Source: an archaeon
GTDB lineage: Archaea > Iainarchaeota > Iainarchaeia > Iainarchaeales > CSSED10-239
Direction of reading: 5' to 3'
Assembly (NCBI GenBank): GCA_037147375.1
Contig: JBAWVI010000015.1
Coordinates: 1 to 14,798, forward strand
DNA length: 14,798 bases
The notes beneath the pieces were generated by a model. That model ran no database searches. It had not been told where the DNA came from and saw only the letters and a list, made by a program, of their open reading frames with translations. Position numbers and translations under genes: made by a program. Positions within the stretch are counted from its first letter, which is position 1. Every line of letters begins with the position of its first letter. Of this stretch, positions 5,411 to 12,245 are shown one piece after another.

Positions 5411-7645
5411 TTAAAATATTAAATTAGATGCAATTGTAGTTAATATAAATAAGATAATAGCTATTGGTAAGGTTTGTGCAATTCTTAGTTTAGCAAGAGT
5501 CATATTATCTTGTTCAACCATTGTAGTAAAGAATGTCATAATTATTACTATTTCAATAACATATATTGCAACTATGATTAAAAAGGTTGTTGGACCAGCA
5601 AGTTGACTTACTGCTCCCATATCAATAGAACCCATATTTCCAATACTTGAAACATCTATTCCACCAGTGTCAATTCCAGAGGTTGAGATTGATTGAAATG
5701 CACTATTCATTTCATCAAGGGTACCACTGTTTGCAATAGAGGTTAGAGTAGAAATAACAATCTTTTGTAAGGCTGTAGTGATTCCTAGAACTATTGGAGC
5801 AATGTACTTTGCCATGCTTGATAAAGTACCAGTAACACTTGAGATTAAGTTAGTTAGCATCTTTGAAACTTCATCAGAGTTTCTAAGTTGCATAGAGTAG
5901 GACATTAATGTTTTTGCAGCAACTGAAACACCAAGTTGAACAGAATCAACCATAAGTCTCATAGCACTATTAATTATGTTTGATGGATTATTCTTAAGTG
6001 CACCATAATTAGGATCAAATAAAGAAGAATTAAGATTAAGCCCTAAGATTCTAATGTTATCAATTGCTTTACCAAACACATTTTTAGCAATTAATGATTT
6101 TGGAAGGAAAGCTCTTGTATGAGCAAAAGCATCTTCAATTGGCTTATTTTCTCCTAGTCTACTTGCAATAACATATAATGCATCCTTAAATTCATCTTCC
6201 ATTTTCTCAGTTTCAATTTGTACTTTTCTCTTATAATAACTTTCAGAGAATAAAAATAAAGATAAGATTAATGAAAATCCAATTAACATACCATAGATTA
6301 AAAAGTAAGGAGTTACATCATGTGCAGAATCTTGCCAAAACTCCCTTTCACTAGCACACATGAACTTTGGATCAATTCCTTTTTGTGTAACTTCTTGAGA
6401 AGTACAATTAAACTTAGCAAGAGAAATATCTTGCCCTTCTGTAATATACCCTTCCTTAATTAATATATTTTCTTTTGTTTTACCTAAAGTTCCTTGCAAG
6501 AATATACTTCCTGCAATTATTGCAACTCCAAGTATTATCATTAAAATAAAAACATTAATTGGTGCTTTTCCAATCTTAATAGTGTATCTTGGTGGAAGAT
6601 CAGGATGATTTTGTGGAATATCTGGAGGATTATAAGTTGCTGGTCTACCTCTAATAATGTTTCTTGCAAACATAATACAAGCAAATGGGATAGCAATATT
6701 ATAAATTAAGATTAAATAAATTGGTTTAGCAAGAGCTGAACCAGAGAATGCTGATCCTACTGGAAGAACTATAATTAATAATAAAGGAAGAAGAACACCT
6801 AGATAGAACATTGTCATTGTTGGTTGATTAAGTCCTCTTGCATAATCTTCAAGCTTATTCTTAATTGAAGCAAGAGTATCAGTCATTGTTTGATCAAGGA
6901 TTGCATATCTTTTTGATTCACTTGTTTCAATAACTGAAGATCTAATCTTCATTAAAGCTTTTTTAAGTTCAACTGAAACATCTCCCCATTTGTAAGCTAG
7001 TTGATCAAGAGCTTCAGCAACTGATCCTTTTATTCCTACTTTAACTTCCCAAAGAAGTCTTTTAAGATCATCAGCAATCTTACCATGTCCATGGTTTGAT
7101 GCAAATTCAACTGCTTTTTCAAGGTTAGGAACAAGTTTCATTGACATTATCATATAACCTAAGATTTCTGGAACAAAGGTTAGAGCTTTTATTTTTTCAT
7201 CACGAACCTTTGTTAGAGGATAATTTCTAAATGTAATAAATGCATAAATAAATGCAATTGCAGGAATACCAATTGCAATTATGTATGGCATAATTGCGTT
7301 ACCAAATAAGCTTATCATTGGTCCAACTGCATACATAAAAAGAATGAATGCTATTATTGCAGTAACTATTAAACCAAAAATTAAAACAAACTTAGTTGCT
7401 GCTGTGTATTCTTCTGATCGAAGATCCCAATCAAGAAAATCCATAGCTGCTTGAAATTCAGGATCATATTTAGAATTAGCACCAAGGCCAGGAAATCTTC
7501 TATAAATATTTCTACAAAAAGCAACGAACTTATTATCTTTTCTTTTAATTAGACGAGAATCATCAACCCCAAAATCTCGTGCCTCAACAGATATTCCTGA
7601 GTATATTTCACCAGGACTTCTTCTGTCTTTTATTTTTTCAACCAT
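5411..7645 (-). CDS. FlaJ/TadC/PilC-type polytopic platform protein of a type IV pilus-like system (744 aa, oversized)
   Basis: Two repeats of a soluble helical domain followed by TM helices. The first runs at about aa 165-290 (LEKAVEFASNHGHGKIADDLKRLLWEVKVGIKGSVAEALDQLA...YARGLNQPTMTMFYLGVLLP). The second runs at about aa 480-640 (FKDALYVIASRLGENKPIEDAFAHT...MRLMVDSVQLGVSVAAKTL...). This is the T2SSF-like architecture of FlaJ/TadC. At least 8 TM segments. Confidence 0.7.
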   Translation of the reverse strand: MVEKIKDRRSPGEIYSGISVEARDFGVDDSRLIKRKDNKFVAFCRNIYRRFPGLGANSKYDPEFQAAMDFLDWDLRSEEYTAATKFVLIFGLIVTAIIAFILFMYAVGPMISLFGNAIMPYIIAIGIPAIAFIYAFITFRNYPLTKVRDEKIKALTFVPEILGYMIMSMKLVPNLEKAVEFASNHGHGKIADDLKRLLWEVKVGIKGSVAEALDQLAYKWGDVSVELKKALMKIRSSVIETSESKRYAILDQTMTDTLASIKNKLEDYARGLNQPTMTMFYLGVLLPLLLIIVLPVGSAFSGSALAKPIYLILIYNIAIPFACIMFARNIIRGRPATYNPPDIPQNHPDLPPRYTIKIGKAPINVFILMIILGVAIIAGSIFLQGTLGKTKENILIKEGYITEGQDISLAKFNCTSQEVTQKGIDPKFMCASEREFWQDSAHDVTPYFLIYGMLIGFSLILSLFLFSESYYKRKVQIETEKMEDEFKDALYVIASRLGENKPIEDAFAHTRAFLPKSLIAKNVFGKAIDNIRILGLNLNSSLFDPNYGALKNNPSNIINSAMRLMVDSVQLGVSVAAKTLMSYSMQLRNSDEVSKMLTNLISSVTGTLSSMAKYIAPIVLGITTALQKIVISTLTSIANSGTLDEMNSAFQSISTSGIDTGGIDVSSIGNMGSIDMGAVSQLAGPTTFLIIVAIYVIEIVIIMTFFTTMVEQDNMTLAKLRIAQTLPIAIILFILTTIASNLIF

Positions 7646-7765
7646 ATTTTAGTCAACTATAAATATATTTAATCATATATAACATAAAAAGAAATATTTT
7701 TATATCTGTTCATTTACATTAGATTTAAGGAATAAGCAAAAATAAACAAAATCTGGTGATTAAAT
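7646..7765. promoter_or_regulatory. Divergent promoter region between the platform operon (minus) and the ferredoxin operon (plus)
   Basis: 120-nt AT-rich spacer between two diverging ATGs. TTAAATATAT on the minus strand (7663-7672) is centred about 23 nt upstream of ATG 7645. GGTGAT Shine-Dalgarno lies at 7755-7760. It contains a TTAGATTTA motif (7719-7727). Confidence 0.4.
7755..7760 (+). promoter_or_regulatory. Shine-Dalgarno GGTGAT for the ferredoxin gene
   Basis: GGTGAT lies 5 nt upstream of ATG 7766 and is complementary to the archaeal 16S 3' end. Confidence 0.6.
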
Positions 7766-7960
7766 ATGGTATTTATTATTAAACATGATGAAAAAACATG
7801 TATTGGGTGTGGAGCATGTGTTTCTGTTTGCAAGGAAAATTGGAAGTTTTCAGGAACAAAGCCAAAACCAATTAAAACAGAAGTTAAAGAGATTGGGTGC
7901 AATAAGAAGGCAGCAGATATTTGTCCAGTACAATGCATAAAGATAACTGAGAAGAAATAA
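7766..7960 (+). CDS. Small monocluster [4Fe-4S]/[3Fe-4S] ferredoxin (64 aa), Pyrococcus/Thermotoga type
   Basis: CIGCGACVSVC (CxxCxxCxxxC) plus a distal CP (..ADICPVQC). The layout parallels P. furiosus ferredoxin as I recall it: three cluster ligands in the first motif, a fourth at the C-terminal CP, and an extra Cys pair (C22/C45) in the position of its disulfide. Confidence 0.8.
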   Translation: MVFIIKHDEKTCIGCGACVSVCKENWKFSGTKPKPIKTEVKEIGCNKKAADICPVQCIKITEKK

Positions 7961-7971
7961 AAGGTAGATAA

Positions 7972-8424
7972 ATGAAAACAAAAATAAAAAAATTAACAAA
8001 TAAACTTCTTGAACAAGACTTTTCTGGTTTTATTGAAACTTTATCTAATTTGCGTCCATCTAATGAATTAACACTAGATAAAGCAAAAGAAATATTAAAA
8101 CAAAAGAAAAAATTCAATAGTATTGTTCTTGTTGGTTTACTTGATAAAAAAATAGTTGGAACTGCAACAATAATAATTGAACCTAAATTTATAGCAAATG
8201 GAGGAATAACAGCGCACATTGAGGATTTAGTTGTTAGAAAGGGTTATGAAGGGCACCATGTTGGTTCAATGTTAATGGTTAAAGCAATAGAACTCGCAAA
8301 AGAAAATAATTGTTATAAAGCTATACTTGATTGTAAAGAGCATTTAATTTCATATTATCAAAAATTTAATTTTGAAAAAAAAGCAGTTAATATGAAATTA
8401 TATTTTTATGAAGATAAATTATGA
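7972..8424 (+). CDS. GNAT acetyltransferase, glucosamine-6-phosphate N-acetyltransferase (GNA1)-like
   Basis: IVGTATIIIEPKFIANGGITAHIEDLVVRKGYEGHHVGSMLMVKAIELAKENNCYKAILDCKEHLISYYQKFNF tracks the human/yeast GNA1 core as I remember it ([28 protein letters not shown]...RGKQLGKLLL...LNCYKITLEC...NVGFYKKFGY). Confidence 0.7.
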   Translation: MKTKIKKLTNKLLEQDFSGFIETLSNLRPSNELTLDKAKEILKQKKKFNSIVLVGLLDKKIVGTATIIIEPKFIANGGITAHIEDLVVRKGYEGHHVGSMLMVKAIELAKENNCYKAILDCKEHLISYYQKFNFEKKAVNMKLYFYEDKL

Positions 8425-9278
8425 AATTCAATAAACTATTATTTGGTCCTGCTGGTTTTGGTGGAGATGACCTAATACAAATACCAATTTCATCAAAGAA
8501 CCCTACAGGCGATGCTATTCCTGCAATTAAAAAAGCAGGCCTTGATACTCTTGAAATTGAATTTGTTAGGCAAGTATATCTTAAGAATAGTTCTCAAGAA
8601 AAGCTTGATGAAATCAAAAACAATGCAAAAAAGCTTGATTTTCCATTAAGCATACATGCTCCTTATTTTATTAATCTAAATACAAAGGAAGAAATTAAAC
8701 TTCAAAATAGTTATAGATATATTCTTGATTCTTTAAATGTTGGAAAAAAAATTGGAGCAAGAGTTGTAGTGTTTCACATTGGTTTTTTCCTAAAGGATGA
8801 TCCAAAAGAAGCTATGAAAAAGGTTGAAAAAGAACTTATTTATCTTCAAGATAAGTTTAAAGGAGAGGTTCTTCTAGGAACTGAACTTGTAGGAAAGAAA
8901 ACACAAATAGGATCTCTTGAAGAAATCTTAAGTTTATATGATAAGCTAGATCATAAGTTTCTTCTTCCAGTAATTGATTTTGCACATCTTCATGCTAGAG
9001 AAAATGGATTCTTTAAATCACAGAAAAACTTGGACGGTACATTTGAAATTCTAAAAAGTTATCCTGATGTGGTTGACAGAATGCATATTCACCTTTCTGG
9101 AATTAATTATACAGAAAAAGGAGAAAGAAATCACTTGATGCTAGAATATGCTGATATTCCTTACAAGAAGATCTTATCTGGTCTTAAGGACATTAAAGCA
9201 AAAGGGACACTTATCTGTGAGTCTCCAGATCCAGCAAAAGATGCAATACTATTAAAAAAAGAATATAAAAAATTATAA
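8421..9278 (+). CDS. Xylose-isomerase-like TIM-barrel protein, endonuclease IV (AP endonuclease family 2)-like
   Basis: ATGA overlap with the GNAT gene. The positions of the Nfo metal ligands are recognisable: IHAPYFINL, VVFHIG, GTELVG, IDFAHLH, MHIHLSG, ERNH, LICESP. The family also contains sugar isomerases and epimerases, so the function is not certain. Confidence 0.6.
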   Translation: MKFNKLLFGPAGFGGDDLIQIPISSKNPTGDAIPAIKKAGLDTLEIEFVRQVYLKNSSQEKLDEIKNNAKKLDFPLSIHAPYFINLNTKEEIKLQNSYRYILDSLNVGKKIGARVVVFHIGFFLKDDPKEAMKKVEKELIYLQDKFKGEVLLGTELVGKKTQIGSLEEILSLYDKLDHKFLLPVIDFAHLHARENGFFKSQKNLDGTFEILKSYPDVVDRMHIHLSGINYTEKGERNHLMLEYADIPYKKILSGLKDIKAKGTLICESPDPAKDAILLKKEYKKL

Positions 9279-9290
9279 AAAAAGAAATCT

Positions 9291-9314
9291 TGAAACTTGT
9301 TTTAAACAAGTTCA
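9291..9314. terminator. Palindrome between convergent genes (possible bidirectional terminator)
   Basis: AACTTGTTT (9294-9302) and AAACAAGTT (9304-9312) form a near-perfect inverted repeat. It starts 13 nt after the stop of 8421..9278 and spans the stop codon of the zinc-ribbon gene. It is flanked by an A-run on the left (a T-run on the minus strand) and by AAAATCTTTT on the right. Confidence 0.35.
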
Positions 9315-9577
9315 AAATCTTTTGATGCACCTGGCTTATTCTTAATCTTATCAGATAAAGATACACCATCATCTACCTTGTGTTTAATTGTTGAACTTGA
9401 TTCAACAAACTTTGTTCCACCAGGTTTAGTTGATTTCTTCATTTCATTTATTTTATCAATAGAATCAGATTTAACGTCTCCAGATCTATTACACATTGAG
9501 CATACATAGTTTCCATTTGCAGCATCAAACCTAACATTTAGAGAATAACATGCAGGACAATATTTATATAACACCAT
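9302..9577 (-). CDS. Zinc-ribbon protein with a disordered Lys/Ser/Asp-rich tail, unknown function
   Basis: CPAC-x15-CSMC forms a four-Cys zinc ribbon at the N-terminus. The ORF track start at 9583 is TTG. I prefer ATG at 9577 (MVLYKYCPAC...), which has a GTGAT Shine-Dalgarno 6 nt upstream. Confidence 0.6.
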   Translation of the reverse strand: MVLYKYCPACYSLNVRFDAANGNYVCSMCNRSGDVKSDSIDKINEMKKSTKPGGTKFVESSSTIKHKVDDGVSLSDKIKNKPGASKDFELV

Positions 9578-9745
9578 AATCAAATCACTTCTTTTTACCT
9601 TGTTTCTTTATTTTATTCATAGATGTTTTAATTTCATTAGATAATAAGATAGTTAATTAAATTTATAAATATATTGTATTAGATATTAGTAATTAAATAA
9701 ACTTATCTCAATCAAATAATATTAGAAACTTGTGTGTGAATAAAT

Positions 9746-10948
9746 ATGGTTGATAAACTAATTAGTAAACAAAAGATAATTGCAAGCCCATTACCTAAAC
9801 TTAATAAATATCTAAGCGATGATGATATTGAAGAAATTATGATAAATGGAATTGATAATATTTTTATAATTTCAAGAGAAAAAGGAAAAATCAAACTAGA
9901 TTTTACGTTTACAGTAAATGAACTTGCGGATTATGTTGCTTATGTTATAGAGGTTACTGGTAGAAACTTTAAATCAAGAGAATTTATAGATGGAATATTA
10001 CCAGATGGTTCAAGAGTTAACATAGTTTCTAAAAACGTTGCAAAAGAATATATTATAACCCTAAGAAAATATACTCAAGTACCATTAACTATACTTGATC
10101 TTATTCAAGATGAAACCTTAAGTGTTGATGTAGCTGCATATTTGTGGACAATTATTGAAGGATTTGGGGGTTTAAAGCCAGTTAATATCTTTATTTGTGG
10201 AGGAACAGCTACAGGTAAAACTACATTTTTAAATATTCTTCTTAAATTCATACCTTTAAATCAAAGATTAATTGTTATAGAAGATACAAGAGAACTTAAT
10301 TTATCTTCTTTTGAAAATAGTGTTAGATTAGTTTCAGATATTTCTAATCCTGATAATTTATTAGATATTACTATAAATACACTTAGAATGAGGCCTGATA
10401 GAATAATTATTGGAGAAGTTAGAGGTAAAGAAGCTAAAGGTTTATTTGCAGCTATGGAAACAGGGCATGATGGATGTATGGCTACATTACATGCAAACAA
10501 TAGTGCTGATGTAATAAATAAACTTTTATCTGATCCTATGAAAATACCAGAAGTAAATATTAGTCTTCTTAATGTTATTGTAATGCTTAAGAGAGAATGG
10601 AATTGGGATACTAAAAAAACTAAAAGAAGAGTTACTCAGGTTAGTGAAATTTCAAGAATAGGAAATATTAATTTAAATCACATTTATGATACTGGTAAAA
10701 ATAATGATAACTTAAATTCAGAAATTAAATTATATTCATCTAAAATAATTGAAGAATTTGCTGAATTCTTTAATATCTCAAAAAACGAGGTTATTGATAT
10801 TATTGGATATAGAGCACAAATACTTGATCATTTAGTTAAAACTAATAAAAACAAAAAATATACAACTTTAGAATTAATTGATATTTTTAATCAAAAAAGA
10901 TTAAACTATATATCAATACTTGAAGATATTAAAAGACTTAAAAAATAA
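9746..10948 (+). CDS. Type II/IV secretion-family ATPase (FlaI/VirB11/CpaF-like), presumed pilus assembly motor
   Basis: Motifs present: EEIMINGIDNIFI, Walker A GGTATGKTT, Asp box RLIVIEDTRELN, Walker B RPDRIIIGEVRGKEA and His box GHDGCMATLHAN. At 400 aa it is short for a FlaI-type protein. Confidence 0.85.
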   Translation: MVDKLISKQKIIASPLPKLNKYLSDDDIEEIMINGIDNIFIISREKGKIKLDFTFTVNELADYVAYVIEVTGRNFKSREFIDGILPDGSRVNIVSKNVAKEYIITLRKYTQVPLTILDLIQDETLSVDVAAYLWTIIEGFGGLKPVNIFICGGTATGKTTFLNILLKFIPLNQRLIVIEDTRELNLSSFENSVRLVSDISNPDNLLDITINTLRMRPDRIIIGEVRGKEAKGLFAAMETGHDGCMATLHANNSADVINKLLSDPMKIPEVNISLLNVIVMLKREWNWDTKKTKRRVTQVSEISRIGNINLNHIYDTGKNNDNLNSEIKLYSSKIIEEFAEFFNISKNEVIDIIGYRAQILDHLVKTNKNKKYTTLELIDIFNQKRLNYISILEDIKRLKK

Positions 10949-10950
10949 TT

Positions 10951-10955
10951 GGTGA
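10951..10955 (+). promoter_or_regulatory. Shine-Dalgarno GGTGA for the CofE-like gene
   Basis: GGTGA lies 4 nt before ATG 10960. It falls within the 11-nt gap after the ATPase stop, which implies co-transcription. Confidence 0.55.
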
Positions 10956-10959
10956 AACT

Positions 10960-12150
10960 ATGAATATACAAGAAAGCAAAATAGGTGTTATAGCATTTGG
11001 AGTTAAAACAGGAATAATTACATTTGATGATAATATAATTGATGTGGTTGTAAATACATTTAAAAAAAATCCAGAACTTTTACAAAACAAAGATATTCTT
11101 TGTGTTGGGGAAGCAGTTACTGCAATTACACAACATAATACAGTTTACTTAAATGATGTTAAGGTTGAGATTAAAAAAAGATTAAAACTTAAAGATAATT
11201 CAGTTGTTGGAGTATTATTTCCAATTCTTTCAAGAAATAGATTTTCAATGATACTAAAAGCAATCTCAAAATGTGTTCCAAAAGGTAAAGTTATTGTTCA
11301 ACTATCATTTCCAACAGATGAACAAGGAAATCCAATTTTAGATAAAACTTACACTATCAAGAATAACATTAAATATGAGGACTTAATTAAGGAAACAGAT
11401 ATACCTAAAGCTAAGAGACATTTACATCCAGAAACTGGACTTGATTATATTCAAGTATATAGAGATGTTATTGCAAATCATGGTAGAAAAGCAGAAATTT
11501 ATTTATCAAATATGGTTGATCATATGATAAGTAAAAAACCAGATGCAATTATTGTTGCAAATGTACATGCAAGAGATGAAATTTTAGAAAAAGTTAAAAA
11601 GAAATTTAAAAACGTTATAACTCTTCAAGATATTTATTCTAATCCTAAGCAAAAGGTTTATAGTGAATATGGGCTTCTTGGATCAAACATCTTAGATCCT
11701 GAAAGAGAAATATTGAAGCTTGCTCCTCACTCAGCAAATAAACTTGCACTTGAAATACAAGCTAAAGTTAAAAAAGAATTAAAGAAAGATATTGAAGTTA
11801 TTATCAAAGGAGATGGAGGATACAAGGATCCAGAATCAGGAATATATGAGCTTGCTGATCCTGTGTCTGCTTTTGGAGTAACTCCTGGTATAAAGAACAA
11901 GAATAGAATTGGAGTTAAAACTAAATATTTAATGCAAAAGTTATATACTGAAGGAAAAAAGAAAGAAGAAATATTAAAAATAATTGAGCAAGAAAAACAA
12001 AAGTTTCTAAAAGATAAAAAGAAAGATAATTTCAATGCACAAGGAACAACTCCACGAAAAATAGAAAACCTTGTTTCAGCTCTTGCAGATCTTGTGTCTG
12101 GTTCAGCTGACGCAAACACTCCAATAGTTGTTGTTAGGGGATTTATATAA
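10960..12150 (+). CDS. F420-0:gamma-glutamyl ligase (CofE)-like family protein, divergent and enlarged (396 aa)
   Basis: The N-terminus GIITFDDNIIDVVVNTF...NKDILCVGEAVTAITQHN parallels CofE PLIKEGDDLAELI...GDVLVVCSTVISKAEGR. The C-terminus ENLVSALADLVSGSADANTPIVVVRGF parallels CofE DEIAAFANLLMGEGGDGIPAVVVRGL. The middle region is not recognisable and the KAEGR motif is not conserved. Confidence 0.45.
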   Translation: MNIQESKIGVIAFGVKTGIITFDDNIIDVVVNTFKKNPELLQNKDILCVGEAVTAITQHNTVYLNDVKVEIKKRLKLKDNSVVGVLFPILSRNRFSMILKAISKCVPKGKVIVQLSFPTDEQGNPILDKTYTIKNNIKYEDLIKETDIPKAKRHLHPETGLDYIQVYRDVIANHGRKAEIYLSNMVDHMISKKPDAIIVANVHARDEILEKVKKKFKNVITLQDIYSNPKQKVYSEYGLLGSNILDPEREILKLAPHSANKLALEIQAKVKKELKKDIEVIIKGDGGYKDPESGIYELADPVSAFGVTPGIKNKNRIGVKTKYLMQKLYTEGKKKEEILKIIEQEKQKFLKDKKKDNFNAQGTTPRKIENLVSALADLVSGSADANTPIVVVRGFI

Positions 12151-12160
12151 ATTAAAACTT

Positions 12161-12193
12161 AAAGAATAAATTTTATTCCTTTAATCTTATTTT
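12161..12193 (+). terminator. Imperfect hairpin plus T-run after the CofE-like gene
   Basis: AAAGAATAAA / TTTATTCCTTT at 12161-12182 forms an inverted repeat with one bulged C. TTTT follows at 12190-12193. The element starts 11 nt after the TAA stop. Confidence 0.3.
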
Positions 12194-12245
12194 AGATTTA
12201 TCAAAATATATATAAATCCTTTATATATTATATTATCTGATTCAT

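Noticed and set aside
7714-8219. Minus-strand ORFs 7714..7938 (74 aa) and 7884..8219 (111 aa)
   Set aside because: They are antisense to the ferredoxin gene (clear CxxCxxCxxxC...CP motif, GGTGAT Shine-Dalgarno) and to the GNA1-like GNAT. Their sequences are hydrophobic and low-complexity with no family features.
9712-10500. Minus-strand ORFs 9712..9894 (60 aa) and 10261..10500 (79 aa)
   Set aside because: They are antisense to the secretion ATPase, which has complete Walker A/B, Asp-box and His-box motifs. They are very likely spurious.
11727-12119. Minus-strand ORF 11727..12119 (130 aa)
   Set aside because: It is antisense to the 3' third of the CofE-like gene. Its product is a Phe/Ser-rich low-complexity translation of a Lys/Glu-rich coding region on the other strand.
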